A DNA stretch of 53,575 nucleotides from a virus (IMGVR_UViG_3300009285_000009:1-53575), one strand, 5' to 3'; shown: positions 26,828 through 37,031, counted from the first letter of the stretch. The notes: generated from the letters alone by a model not told the origin. Numbers and translations are program-made.

Positions 26828-27274
26828 ATGCAACTCCCCTTTGCTAAAAGAGAGAGAGGGGAAAGATATATGCCATTAGCGATAGACCCGATGGGAACAA
26901 AGGAATATGTTCTTAAAAGGGAACAGAAGAAACCGGCTGATAACCAGACCCGGTTCAAATTGAAAAACCTGACGGCACGGGAGCGGGCATTTATTGACGA
27001 TAATATGTCGCAGTTCACGGCGGACGGCAGGGTATTGCTCAATTCCAACCTGACGGCGATAAGGGCTTTAGAATGCGGGCTGGTAGGTTGGGAAAACTTC
27101 AAGGATGCCAAAGGCAACCAGATTCAGTTTATCAAAGAGCCGCCGAAGGACTGGGATGCCAAAAAGGTGTTCACTATGCCTTGGGATTATCTAAGCCGTG
27201 AAGACCGGCAGGAGTTGGCTGATGCCATTAAGGAAATGGGTCAGTTGACGGAGAACGAAATAAAAAACTCATAA
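26828..27274 (+). CDS. tail assembly chaperone (lambda gpG analogue)
   Basis: Immediately upstream of the tape measure gene; ends with a slippery heptamer; alternative start ATG 26870. Confidence 0.65.
   Translation: MQLPFAKRERGERYMPLAIDPMGTKEYVLKREQKKPADNQTRFKLKNLTARERAFIDDNMSQFTADGRVLLNSNLTAIRALECGLVGWENFKDAKGNQIQFIKEPPKDWDAKKVFTMPWDYLSREDRQELADAIKEMGQLTENEIKNS
27262..27268 (+). promoter_or_regulatory. -1 programmed frameshift slippery heptamer A_AAA_AAC
   Basis: In the zero frame ...ata aaa aac tca taa. The -1 frame is open from before this site through 27645. Confidence 0.6.
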
Positions 27275-27645
27275 TCGGCGCAGGGTTCTTGACAGGGGAA
27301 TTAACTCATAACTGCAAAGCGTGCGCCGGTAATGAAAAATGCAAGGTAGAATGGGGATGCAACAAGGATGCGCCTGTAGAGGTATTTACCATAAATTGTG
27401 TCAGGTGTTATGGAAGCGATAAAGATTGTCCGGTATGTAAGGGGAAAGACAGGGAACATTTCTACAGGTGTCCAGTCAAGTTGCTGACCAAAGAAACGTT
27501 GGAGTTTCTTAAATATTACAGATTCTTCAAGGATGGGATTATGCCGGTGGCTGGTGGCGTATATGAACAATCTGGGACATTTATCAGAGCCGTGGAGATA
27601 GTAAATAAGGAATTACAGGAAGCCGAACGAAAGCAGAAAGGTTAG
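27262..27645 (+). CDS. -1 frame extension of the chaperone (gpT analogue), Cys-rich
   Basis: No ATG (track uses TTG 27289). Reads KKLIIGAGFLTGELTHNCKACAGNEKCK...CVRCYGSDKDCPVCKGKD. Ends 2 nt before the tape measure ATG. Confidence 0.55.
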   Translation, partial: KKLIIGAGFLTGELTHNCKACAGNEKCKVEWGCNKDAPVEVFTINCVRCYGSDKDCPVCKGKDREHFYRCPVKLLTKETLEFLKYYRFFKDGIMPVAGGVYEQSGTFIRAVEIVNKELQEAERKQKG

Positions 27646-27647
27646 AT

Positions 27648-29465
27648 ATGGCTGACGAGCGCACATTAGAAGTCCTCTTAAAACTTCGTGACCTTGCCTC
27701 GGCGGAATTAAAGCGGTTTTCCGATGAAACTAAAAAAGCCGGGAAATCTGTCACGAATGAGTTTAAGCAGGTTAAGAATTCGTTGGTTGAAGTGCGAAAT
27801 GCAATCGGTAATTTACTTGGCATACCATTAACAATAGCAGGCATCGCTTTGGCGGTAAAAGGACTGTTTACTGAAACATTGGCGTGGGGGCAAGAAATAA
27901 CAACATTGGCAACCACGCTCGGTATTACTGTAGACCAGATGATTAAACTGGATGCGGTGGCGGTTAGGGTTGGTTATAATACCGAAGGATTGCAGACAGC
28001 ATTTAGAAATTTGTCACAAATAATGGAAAATGCCCGTGACGGAGATACGAAATCAATCATCCTTCTTGATATGATGGGCATTAAATACGAAGAAGTAACA
28101 AACGGAACGCTAAATTTATATGATGCTTTTGGCAGGGTAGTAAATAGATTAAGTCAGATGGAAAAGGGGTCTTATCGTAATGTTGTCGCTGGAGATTTGT
28201 TTGCTAAACAAGGACAAAAATTACTGGAAATAGCGGACGAGGGAAAAGGGAAATTTAATGATTTTGCGGATGCTTCGGCTAAAGCAGTTCATTCGCTTGA
28301 TAATTTAGATGTAGAAAAATTGAACAAATTAAAAAAGGATTTTGACACTACCAAAGAATCCGCATTAAATTTGGGACGAGAGGTGGTGGTTACTAATACA
28401 AGTTTGAAAGGATATGGAATTGTCGGTAATATCATAGCCGCAATTTTAGGACGGGAAACAGTTTTGACAGATGCCGAGACCGAAGCATTAAAAAGAAGAA
28501 ATGAGGAGCAGGAAAAATATTTAATATCATTGGGAGAGGTACAACTAAATAATCCAGAACTGGTGGCGCAAGCAAAAGAATTTATTAAGCATCAGAAAGA
28601 AATTGCTGACGCAACGAAATCTGCCAAAGAGCAAACAGAAGCTCTGGGGCAGGTATTTAAGCGGGATATATCTAATGCGACTATTAACGCCAACGGGAAT
28701 CTGCGTTTATTATTAGAGAATCTGAAAGAATTCAGGAATGTTATGGCGAAGCAAACTGGCGGGCAAAAATATGTAAAAGAACTGGATATGCTGATTGAAA
28801 AGGTAGATGCCCAGTTATTATATACCAGTGATACGGCTGGGGGTTTTGGTCGGGCTTGGGATGTAGCGATGAACAGGGCAACAGACACCACAATAAATTG
28901 GATAGATACTATGAATCAAGGTGTTGACTCATTCAAGACGATGTGGTCTGACGCTTTCTATGGTATGATGACCGGAACATTTAAGACCAAAGAGGTATTC
29001 CGTAAATTCGCACAGGATATATTCAGGATAATATCAAACCTAATGGCACAACAAACGGTAGCGTCATTTTTTAGTATGTTCGGCGGGGGGGCAACAACGG
29101 GTTCAACTATTCAGAAAGTTGGGACTACTACATCAGTTGGAGTTAAAGCCGCAAACGGTGGGGTATTCCCAACCTTAACTCCATTTTCTAACGGTGGCGT
29201 AGTGGACAGGACAACACTGGCAATGATAGGCGAGGGGTCTAATAGGGAAGCCGTTGTGCCGTTACCCGATAACCGGTCAATACCCGTCAAGATGATTGGC
29301 GGTGGCGGTGACAGTAAGGCGGTTAATGTCAATTTTACCATAGTGGCTAATGACGCAAAGGGATTTGATGAACTATTAGCCAAACGCAAAGATATTATCG
29401 TTAGCATAATGAGTGAAGCGATGAGAACTAATCGGGATTATAGAAAAAGCATAGCGACTACATAA
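27648..29465 (+). CDS. tape measure protein
   Basis: 605 aa, helical/low-complexity; follows G/GT; C-terminal GGVFPT..FSNGGVVDRTTLAMIGEGSNREAVVPLP is typical of tape measure proteins. Confidence 0.85.
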   Translation: MADERTLEVLLKLRDLASAELKRFSDETKKAGKSVTNEFKQVKNSLVEVRNAIGNLLGIPLTIAGIALAVKGLFTETLAWGQEITTLATTLGITVDQMIKLDAVAVRVGYNTEGLQTAFRNLSQIMENARDGDTKSIILLDMMGIKYEEVTNGTLNLYDAFGRVVNRLSQMEKGSYRNVVAGDLFAKQGQKLLEIADEGKGKFNDFADASAKAVHSLDNLDVEKLNKLKKDFDTTKESALNLGREVVVTNTSLKGYGIVGNIIAAILGRETVLTDAETEALKRRNEEQEKYLISLGEVQLNNPELVAQAKEFIKHQKEIADATKSAKEQTEALGQVFKRDISNATINANGNLRLLLENLKEFRNVMAKQTGGQKYVKELDMLIEKVDAQLLYTSDTAGGFGRAWDVAMNRATDTTINWIDTMNQGVDSFKTMWSDAFYGMMTGTFKTKEVFRKFAQDIFRIISNLMAQQTVASFFSMFGGGATTGSTIQKVGTTTSVGVKAANGGVFPTLTPFSNGGVVDRTTLAMIGEGSNREAVVPLPDNRSIPVKMIGGGGDSKAVNVNFTIVANDAKGFDELLAKRKDIIVSIMSEAMRTNRDYRKSIATT

Positions 29466-29466
29466 A

Positions 29467-29844
29467 ATGACAGATTATATTGAAGTGACTATCCCCGGCG
29501 AAGGAACGGCAAGCGAAACATTCGCTTGGATTCCTAATGCTGTCTTGGCTGTAGAAAATAGATATGAAGGTGTTAAGAAGAATTTTGATAATGGGGCTTC
29601 AATATCATTTCCAACCGTAGGGAAAAATAGGCGGATATGGAAATTGACATTTGATTATAGAACAGAAACAGAACGAGATGCCATCCTTGCTTTTATTGAA
29701 AGCAGGATAGGGGCGGAAGAAGCGTTTTATTGGATACCGCCGGATGCCACAGTAGCGATTAAGGTATGTTCCGGCGACCCGGTAGCAAGCAAAATAGCCC
29801 CTGATGTCTATATCATTACGGTAGAATTTGAGGAGGTGTTTTAG
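29467..29844 (+). CDS. distal tail protein, lambda gpM-like
   Basis: RIWKLTFDY...AFYWIPPDATVAIKVC...ITVEFEEVF parallels lambda gpM; position right after the tape measure gene. Confidence 0.65.
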   Translation: MTDYIEVTIPGEGTASETFAWIPNAVLAVENRYEGVKKNFDNGASISFPTVGKNRRIWKLTFDYRTETERDAILAFIESRIGAEEAFYWIPPDATVAIKVCSGDPVASKIAPDVYIITVEFEEVF

Positions 29845-29967
29845 GTGAAAAATAAGCAGGCAGTCATATTAACGCTTTTAACTATTGTAGTGGTTTCTGC
29901 GATAGTTTCATTCGGGGTTTCAATAGCATTCTATATCAGCAGCATTCTATATCAGCCGGAATCCTGA
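29845..29967 (+). CDS. 40-aa membrane-helix micro-ORF, apparently frame-shifted by a 16-nt duplication
   Basis: aggagg RBS 29831..29836, GTG 29845; VKNKQAVILTLLTIVVVSAIVSFGVSIAFY... Confidence 0.35.
   Translation: MKNKQAVILTLLTIVVVSAIVSFGVSIAFYISSILYQPES
29925..29956. repeat. perfect tandem duplication of 16 nt (agcattctatatcagc x2)
   Basis: 29925..29940 = 29941..29956. Confidence 0.9.
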
Positions 29968-30015
29968 TAAGAATCTGCTGGAATTATTAAGCGGTTTATT
30001 AAAGGCGATATTCTA

Positions 30016-30636
30016 ATGAAAACGTTAGCAACAATATTGAAGACCCAGAAGAATAAATTGAATATCACAGACCCTTGGTGCTATTTGTTTATTCTTCAGG
30101 TCAATGCCACGGATGCGATGTATATGACCAATAATCCTGAAGCAATCGGATATAATAGCCATACTTATAGTCCATTTCCGATTAAGATGGGGGAGATAAC
30201 GGAAGATAGCAAAGGGAATCTTCAAACACTTAATATTGGGGTGTCAAATATTAATCGGATGGTAATGGCTTATATGGAAACGGCGGATGGTTTGGTTGAT
30301 AAAACTGTTCAGATATATCTGGTGAATAAGAAGGATACTTCACAGGCGATTAATCTGGGCATCTACGATATTCTTAACAGTTCGGCTAATGCGGAATTCG
30401 CTAATTTCGTATTAGGGCATTACGATTTCTTTGATATTAAGTTCCCAAGGAATAAATATATCCGGGGATTATGCAGATGGCTATATAGGGGAACTGAATG
30501 TGGCTATGCGACATCGCCGGGGTTGCCCACCTGTGATAAGACACTTGAAGGGGCAGATGGTTGTCGGGTGCATACTAATCAGGCAAGATTTGGTGGCTTC
30601 CCCGGTATTCCATACGGAAAGATGTCTACGAGATAA
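30016..30636 (+). CDS. minor tail protein, lambda gpL-like
   Basis: Position; Cys motif CRWLYRGTECGY...PTCDKTLEGADGC typical of gpL/BR0599-type Fe-S tip proteins. Confidence 0.7.
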   Translation: MKTLATILKTQKNKLNITDPWCYLFILQVNATDAMYMTNNPEAIGYNSHTYSPFPIKMGEITEDSKGNLQTLNIGVSNINRMVMAYMETADGLVDKTVQIYLVNKKDTSQAINLGIYDILNSSANAEFANFVLGHYDFFDIKFPRNKYIRGLCRWLYRGTECGYATSPGLPTCDKTLEGADGCRVHTNQARFGGFPGIPYGKMSTR

Positions 30637-30640
30637 ATAT

Positions 30641-31045
30641 ATGATTAATTGCGATGATTTAATTGGTATTCCGTTTGTGCATAAGGGCAGGGATAAACGA
30701 ACTGGCTTTGATTGCTGGGGGGTTGTTCTGGAAATATTAAAGCGTAATGGCAAGGTGATAGAAGACCCAGTGCCGGATTATAAGCAGGATTGGCAGAATG
30801 ATGTCGGATGCCAAAATTATCTATTGGAAAATTATGCGAAGCAATGGCGTAAATTGGATGCAGGGGAAGCGTATCAGGAACTGGATATAGTACTGATAGG
30901 TAAGAACCCGGACTACCCGCATCATATAGGAATAATAATAGATGATTATTCAATCTTACATTCAACGGAAAAGACAGGGGTTATTATAACCAAGATTAAT
31001 TCTATTGATAAGTTTATAAACGGGATTTATAGGTTAAAGGGATAG
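30641..31045 (+). CDS. NlpC/P60 tail-tip peptidase, lambda gpK-like
   Basis: ATG 30641 five nt after previous stop; catalytic FDCWGVV Cys and YPHHIGIII..ILHS His; the track ORF start at 30431 lies inside the gpL-like gene. Confidence 0.8.
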   Translation: MINCDDLIGIPFVHKGRDKRTGFDCWGVVLEILKRNGKVIEDPVPDYKQDWQNDVGCQNYLLENYAKQWRKLDAGEAYQELDIVLIGKNPDYPHHIGIIIDDYSILHSTEKTGVIITKINSIDKFINGIYRLKG

Positions 31046-31047
31046 AT

Positions 31048-31197
31048 ATGAAAATCAAAGCATTGATTGTTTTCATTTATGGGATGGTCGGGGTGGTGAG
31101 TATTCTTTTATTATCAATCCTTATCAGGTTTTTGGATATAACCAGATGGGGTGCGAATTGGCTTTTTAATAGGATAGAGAATTCTACGAGAAAATGA
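31048..31197 (+). CDS. 49-aa membrane-helix micro-ORF
   Basis: ATG 31048 two nt after previous stop; ATGA overlap with J-like gene; MKIKALIVFIYGMVGVVSILLLSILIRF... Confidence 0.4.
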   Translation: MKIKALIVFIYGMVGVVSILLLSILIRFLDITRWGANWLFNRIENSTRK

Positions 31198-34100
31198 TAA
31201 CAATCAGAACAATAAATAATTTATTTGACCTTACCGGAAGGAAGACAGATAGCGTGAGCCATTCCGGGAAGGCGTTATATTATTATATCCCGGAAGAATT
31301 GCTTAAATTGAATCTGCCTTTAAGGATAATTGTTAATGGCAAGGGCATCCCATCGGAAGTATGGTACGCTTTAACTCCCAAGGATAATGATGAAATAGTT
31401 TGTGCGGTAGAGCCATATGGCGGAGTAGCCGTATTTGCCATAAATCTTTTCAAATATTTTGCCATAAGTATGGCGATTGGGGCGATTAATACTTGGTTAT
31501 TCCCGCCCCCGGATATTGAAAATCCTGAAGACACCACAATATATGGATGGAATGGGATAAGAAATACAGCAAGGAATGGGCAACCTATCGGAATAGTTTA
31601 CGGGCAACATAAAGTAGGCGGACAGATAATCAGTATGTTTACCCGGACTATAGCAACCAATAAAACAGAACTTAATATGTTAATAGCCCTATGCGAGGGA
31701 ATTATTCAGGATGTAGCGGGATTAACTACAGCCCAAGATGATTTAACTGCCGGGGCGATTCCAGCCAGCATCAAGATAAATGGCAATTCAGCATCCAGTT
31801 ATAAAGATGTCAAGGTGTCAACCCGGATTGGAACAAATTCCCAAACAGTAATCCCCGGCTTTGAGGATATTACCAACAATTATGATAAGGGCTTGGCATT
31901 GCTTTATAATAATGCAGTAACCATAACTACTAATGGCAGTATAGATGCCTATGTATTACATCTGCAATTCCCGAATGGTATTATGAATACGCCAGCAGGT
32001 AAAGCAGTTTGGTATGGCGGTTCGGTTTCATTTAGCATCAGGCATAAGAAATCAGGCGGGGCTTGGTCAGCACCGGTAGTTAAAACAGTAAGCGGATTTT
32101 CTCTTACGGTTATTGATGATACTTATCGGGTGGATGGATTATCCACCGGCGTTTATGACATAGAAATAACCAGAACAACCGCCGATGAATCAGCCATATT
32201 TGTTGGGGCTTCCACATTAGATACCGTAGATGAAATAATATACGATGATTTGGCATATCATAATACCGCATTGCTGGGAATTAAAGCAATGGCAACCGAC
32301 CAGTTATCCGGGGCAACCCCGATAATAACATCCATTATTAAGGGTAGAAAAGTTCCGATATGGAATAATGATGACCCGGCTACATTCACGGAAACTTGGT
32401 CGGATAATCCGGCTTGGTGCTTATTGGATTTATTAACTAATACCCGCTATGGATTAGGCGATTATATAACAACAGATGATTTGGATTTGACTTCATTCAA
32501 GGCATTCGCTGATTACTGCGATTATCTGGTGGATGATGGGGCGGGGGGAACGCATAAGAGGCATACCTTGAATATAGTATTTGATGAGCCAATGCCGGTA
32601 TGGGATGCGGTGAATATGATATGCTCTACGGCAAGGGCTACGCTAATTAAGACCGGAAAGATAATTAAGATTAAGATTGAAGAAGCCGGAAGCCCCGTTC
32701 AATTATTTACGATGGGCAATATCGTTAAGGATTCATTCAGCATTGAATATCAATCAATAAAAGACCGCCCCAATTTTGTAGAAGTTCAATTCCTTAATCA
32801 GGATGGGATTGATTATGACCAAGATATAATTTCAATAGAAGACCCGCAGGCGTATGCTAATGGGGAAGATTTCAGGAAGAAAACGGTTTCTCTTTATGGG
32901 ATAACCCGCCGAGCACAGGCATATCGGGAAGCACTATTCCTGCTTAATATAAATCGTTACTTAAAGCGGACTATTAAATTTGAAGCCAGCATAGATGCTA
33001 TCGCTTGCGAGGTGGGCGATATAATCAACTTCCAGCACGATGTGCCTTCGTGGGGTGCAGGCGGGCGGGTGGTATCGGCTACGGCATCAAGCATAACATT
33101 TGACCAGCCGATAGTTATTGGGGCGGGAACTTATAAGGTCAGGGTTAGGCATAATAGCGATGTTGAAGAAGAACAGACGGTTACTGATGGGGCGGGAACT
33201 TACACTACGGTTAATATTAGTGGCTCGTGGACGACAATTCCAAAGGCAGATGAATTATATGCCATTGGGGTTGAGAATATTTTGGTTAAGCCATTCAGGA
33301 TAGTTGAGATAAGGACAGCCAGCGATTTAACCCGGAAGATAACAGCCATAGAATATAATGCCAATATCTATACTACTGCGATTGGAACTATTGAAACGCC
33401 GACCTATACCCAATTACCAAATCCCAGTCAGATGCCCCCGGATGTAACTGATTTATCAGCAGTGGAAAAAGTGACCATTCTTCCTGATGGCACATTGAAA
33501 AGTTCAATAGATATTTTCTTTGCTATTCCGATTGATACCGGGATTATAGCGACTGCGGATATATGGATAAAGGAAAATGGAACGGCATTCTGGCGATATG
33601 CGGGCAATACTAAAACAGGATATTTCAATTATGGCAATGATATAGCCGTAGGCACTACTTACGATATAGCCGTTTCCACAACTTCAATATATGGCACAAG
33701 GAAAGACCCGGAAGATGCCCCATCAGATACCGTTGCCATAACCGGGCAGGCAACAGCCCCGGATGACGTAACCGGGTTCGGGCTTACCCGTGTAGGTGAT
33801 AATCTTTATCTGCGGTGGGATGCAGTTTCTAATCTTGACCTTAAAGGATATGAAATAAGAATAGGGGCGGATTGGGTCAATAGCGTTGTTCTGGCTACCA
33901 ATATAACCGGCACACAATTCCAAACGACAAACTTTGCAAGCGGGATTCAGACATTCCTGATAAAGGCATTTAATACATCAGGGGTATATTCGGCAAATCC
34001 TGATATTATTATTGCTGATATAGGGGATAGAATAAATCAAAATATCGTTGTGATACAGGATGAAAAGGGCTTGGGATTCCCCGGTGCTAAGGTTAATTGT

Positions 34101-34730
34101 GCTGTAAATGCTGATGGCGACCTTGAATTAACTTCCGGGGAATTAAGCGGAAGTTATGAATCGCAGGTGATTGATTTGGGGGCGATTTTAACATCAAGGG
34201 TAACGCTTAATTATTCGGCATATCAGAAGGATAATTCCTTATTATGGCAGGACGCTACCTTTGCTTGGAATTCGGCTGAAGCATTAGCCCGGACAATAGC
34301 CGGAAGTTTATCTACCCCATATGTCTCAACAGTAATTAAATTTAGATATTCGGAAGATAATATTGTTTGGTCAAGTTGGGCTGATTTCGTGGTTGGCGAT
34401 TTCCAATTCAGGTATTGCCAATTCCAATTCACTTTTACATCGTCAGATATTAATTATGCCATAGTAGTTAATGAAATGACACAGACGGTTGATGTGCCTG
34501 ATGTATTTGATAGCGATAAAGATGTTTCATTGATTGCGGGCAATAACGATATAAGTTTTACCAAAATATTCTTGGTAGTTCCGGCTATAGCCGTGGCTAT
34601 ACAGGACGGTGCGACCGGGGATTATTACGAAATAACATTAAAGACAATAACGGGTTTTAGAATCGTGGTAAAAGATTCGGCAGGGGTAGTTAAGACGGCG
34701 GTTATTGACTGGGTTTGCCGGGGGTATTGA
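31194..34730 (+). CDS. central tail fibre/host-specificity protein, lambda gpJ-like
   Basis: 1178 aa after the M-L-K series; WSDNPAWCLLDLLTNTRYGLG is the conserved gpJ/GTA-g15 type segment. Confidence 0.85.
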   Translation: MITIRTINNLFDLTGRKTDSVSHSGKALYYYIPEELLKLNLPLRIIVNGKGIPSEVWYALTPKDNDEIVCAVEPYGGVAVFAINLFKYFAISMAIGAINTWLFPPPDIENPEDTTIYGWNGIRNTARNGQPIGIVYGQHKVGGQIISMFTRTIATNKTELNMLIALCEGIIQDVAGLTTAQDDLTAGAIPASIKINGNSASSYKDVKVSTRIGTNSQTVIPGFEDITNNYDKGLALLYNNAVTITTNGSIDAYVLHLQFPNGIMNTPAGKAVWYGGSVSFSIRHKKSGGAWSAPVVKTVSGFSLTVIDDTYRVDGLSTGVYDIEITRTTADESAIFVGASTLDTVDEIIYDDLAYHNTALLGIKAMATDQLSGATPIITSIIKGRKVPIWNNDDPATFTETWSDNPAWCLLDLLTNTRYGLGDYITTDDLDLTSFKAFADYCDYLVDDGAGGTHKRHTLNIVFDEPMPVWDAVNMICSTARATLIKTGKIIKIKIEEAGSPVQLFTMGNIVKDSFSIEYQSIKDRPNFVEVQFLNQDGIDYDQDIISIEDPQAYANGEDFRKKTVSLYGITRRAQAYREALFLLNINRYLKRTIKFEASIDAIACEVGDIINFQHDVPSWGAGGRVVSATASSITFDQPIVIGAGTYKVRVRHNSDVEEEQTVTDGAGTYTTVNISGSWTTIPKADELYAIGVENILVKPFRIVEIRTASDLTRKITAIEYNANIYTTAIGTIETPTYTQLPNPSQMPPDVTDLSAVEKVTILPDGTLKSSIDIFFAIPIDTGIIATADIWIKENGTAFWRYAGNTKTGYFNYGNDIAVGTTYDIAVSTTSIYGTRKDPEDAPSDTVAITGQATAPDDVTGFGLTRVGDNLYLRWDAVSNLDLKGYEIRIGADWVNSVVLATNITGTQFQTTNFASGIQTFLIKAFNTSGVYSANPDIIIADIGDRINQNIVVIQDEKGLGFPGAKVNCAVNADGDLELTSGELSGSYESQVIDLGAILTSRVTLNYSAYQKDNSLLWQDATFAWNSAEALARTIAGSLSTPYVSTVIKFRYSEDNIVWSSWADFVVGDFQFRYCQFQFTFTSSDINYAIVVNEMTQTVDVPDVFDSDKDVSLIAGNNDISFTKIFLVVPAIAVAIQDGATGDYYEITLKTITGFRIVVKDSAGVVKTAVIDWVCRGY

Positions 34731-34757
34731 ACTTAAAATAAAAGAGAGGATAGGATT

Positions 34758-35354
34758 ATGAGAAATATATTAGATAGGATTGATACCGGGAATAAGGCAA
34801 TGCTTAAAGGGGATTTAACCTTAACCTATTCTGCTGTTGTTATATTATCGGCGGATATAAAAACAGAAGAATTGCCCAAGGGAACTGCATTACCTACCAT
34901 AATGCGGTATAATGTCAAGCCGAATACGAAATGGGATAATAAAATGCAGGACGCATTGATTAATTTTATAGCCACATTGACCAATAAAGCACAGGCGGAA
35001 AATAAAAGGGTGCTTATAATTTCCGATGATGGGATGACCAGACCATCCGGGGCGGTCATCCGGCTATTGATACGGTTCGGATTCGTCAAAAAGGATGCTA
35101 TAAATGTAATCAGGAAGAAGACAGGGTTTGCCCCGGATGATAAGACGATGGCTTCTTTCCCTAATATAGATGAGAAAAGATTCCCGGTAATTGCTATGAA
35201 GGTATTTGGGCGGAAGAATGCCCTGATAGCAACCAAAGCAACAATTAAGCAGTTTGGGCTGGATGATGATGAAATAAAATTAATCCCGGATGTTCAAAAT
35301 GCCGAGGCGGAAAAGGTTGCCGAGGAACTATTGAAACCTAAATCCATAATATAA
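34758..35354 (+). CDS. hypothetical protein (weak phosphatase-fold resemblance)
   Basis: agagagga RBS; VLIISDDGMTRPSGAVIRLLIRFG resembles a PTP/DSP P-loop with Ser in place of Cys; speculative. Confidence 0.55.
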   Translation: MRNILDRIDTGNKAMLKGDLTLTYSAVVILSADIKTEELPKGTALPTIMRYNVKPNTKWDNKMQDALINFIATLTNKAQAENKRVLIISDDGMTRPSGAVIRLLIRFGFVKKDAINVIRKKTGFAPDDKTMASFPNIDEKRFPVIAMKVFGRKNALIATKATIKQFGLDDDEIKLIPDVQNAEAEKVAEELLKPKSII

Positions 35355-35364
35355 AGGATGTGAT

Positions 35365-36897
35365 ATGAGCCAAATTTATGTGAATATTCTTGCGACTGAT
35401 TTGATTAGTGACAGCCGGATTAATATTACCGACCGTGACGACACCAATCGGTCTTGCTGGCTCGGAACAGCCGAACCATCAACAATGGTAGCCGGGCAAT
35501 TATGGATTGATACTACGGCATCGCTGGTTAAATTACGCAATGCTACAAATACGGCTTGGTATACTTTGGGAACTTATGCCACTAATTTGGGGCTTCTGGC
35601 ATTAGCCGGGGGAACGATGACAGGGAAGATAACCCTTGACGGTAATCCCACATTAGCATTACACGCCGTGCCAAAACAATACGCCGATTTATTCTTGTTG
35701 CTGGCAGGCGGGACAATGAGCGGTGCAATCAATATGGGTGCTAATAAGATTACCAATCTTGCATTATGCACAGACGCTACGGACGGTGCGAGGAAGGGGT
35801 ATGTTGACGGGCTTGGTTATGCAATCAACAAAGGCAAGGCGTGGATAAGCCACGGCGATAATGTAATAACCTTTGCCAACGCTCACGGCGATACTGCGTA
35901 TAAAATCATAGCCACATTGGTGAATACTGCAATGGGCGGAGTAACTACAAGGGGCAATGCACATACGCAACCGTTATCAGTATTGGTAAAAAATGATACA
36001 GCCAGCAGGGGGTTGGTAAGAATAAACGGCGGGTATGGCTTTACCACGTGCGGATATGTAGCCGCAGTTTCAGCAGTAACTGAACGGTATGATAACGTCA
36101 CTAATGCGTGGACTGCAAAAACTTCTGCTACTACCGCAAGGCAATTATTGACAGGATATTCTCTTAATGGATTGGGGTTTGGTAGTTGTGGTGAAACTGC
36201 TGGTGCTAATACGCCAACGGGGGTGACAGAACGGTTTGATGATACAATCAATGCCCATACGGCAAGATTAAGTGCTACCGCAAGATACCGCCCATCTGGG
36301 TATAGTTTAAGTGGATATGGGTTCTCCAGTGGTGGGTATAATGCAATAGATTCTGTAGCAACAACCGAACGATTTGACGATGTAGCGAATACGCATACGG
36401 CACGGACAAATCTTAATACGGCAAGGAATGGTCTTGCAGGTTATTCCCTAAATGGCTATGGCTTTACCACGTGCGGATATATAGCCGCAGTTTCAGCAGT
36501 AACAGAAAGGTTTGATGATGTTGCTAACACGCACACGGCACGGTTAGATGCTACGGCACGGTTTACTCTCGCAGGTTATTCATTGGGTGGATTAGGGTTT
36601 ACATCAGGTGGTAATGTAGCAGGCGTATCATCAACAACCGAACGATTTGACGATGTAGCGAATACGCACACGGCACGGACAAATCTTAATACGGCAAGAG
36701 ACCAATTAGCAGGTTTTTCACTTAATGGATTTGGATTTACGGCTGGCGGGTTCGTTGCCGCAGTTTCGTTAGTAACAGGACAACTTGACGATACCGCTAA
36801 TACTCAAACTGCAAAAGGAAACCTTAATACTGCTCGTAGTGGTTTATCAGCATATTCCACCACCGATTACTTTATTAACTACGTAACATACGCATAA
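35365..36897 (+). CDS. tail fibre 1 with C-terminal ~46-aa blade repeats
   Basis: N-terminal WIDTTA..LRNATNTAW, LALAGGTMTGKITLDGNP fibre motifs; six TERFDDVANTHTAR...GYSLNGYGFT..G repeats. Confidence 0.8.
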   Translation: MSQIYVNILATDLISDSRINITDRDDTNRSCWLGTAEPSTMVAGQLWIDTTASLVKLRNATNTAWYTLGTYATNLGLLALAGGTMTGKITLDGNPTLALHAVPKQYADLFLLLAGGTMSGAINMGANKITNLALCTDATDGARKGYVDGLGYAINKGKAWISHGDNVITFANAHGDTAYKIIATLVNTAMGGVTTRGNAHTQPLSVLVKNDTASRGLVRINGGYGFTTCGYVAAVSAVTERYDNVTNAWTAKTSATTARQLLTGYSLNGLGFGSCGETAGANTPTGVTERFDDTINAHTARLSATARYRPSGYSLSGYGFSSGGYNAIDSVATTERFDDVANTHTARTNLNTARNGLAGYSLNGYGFTTCGYIAAVSAVTERFDDVANTHTARLDATARFTLAGYSLGGLGFTSGGNVAGVSSTTERFDDVANTHTARTNLNTARDQLAGFSLNGFGFTAGGFVAAVSLVTGQLDDTANTQTAKGNLNTARSGLSAYSTTDYFINYVTYA

Positions 36898-37031
36898 GGG
36901 GGCTAAACGATACGCCACAATAGGCGTTCCGATAGGGGTTTAAGGGGCAAGGTGGGGCTGAAACAGCCCAAAAGCGGTTAGATAGGATATGAAACTGCGT
37001 TTAATGCGTTTTAAGCATAAATAAGGATATT

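Noticed and set aside
27289-27294. TTGACA hexamer as an internal promoter for the T-extension
   Set aside because: No -10-like hexamer at 15-19 nt spacing. The slippery heptamer and continuous -1 frame explain expression better.
30431-30640. N-terminal 70 aa of track ORF 30431..31045
   Set aside because: This part overlaps the gpL-like gene in another frame. The NlpC/P60 domain begins at ATG 30641, five nt after the gpL-like stop.
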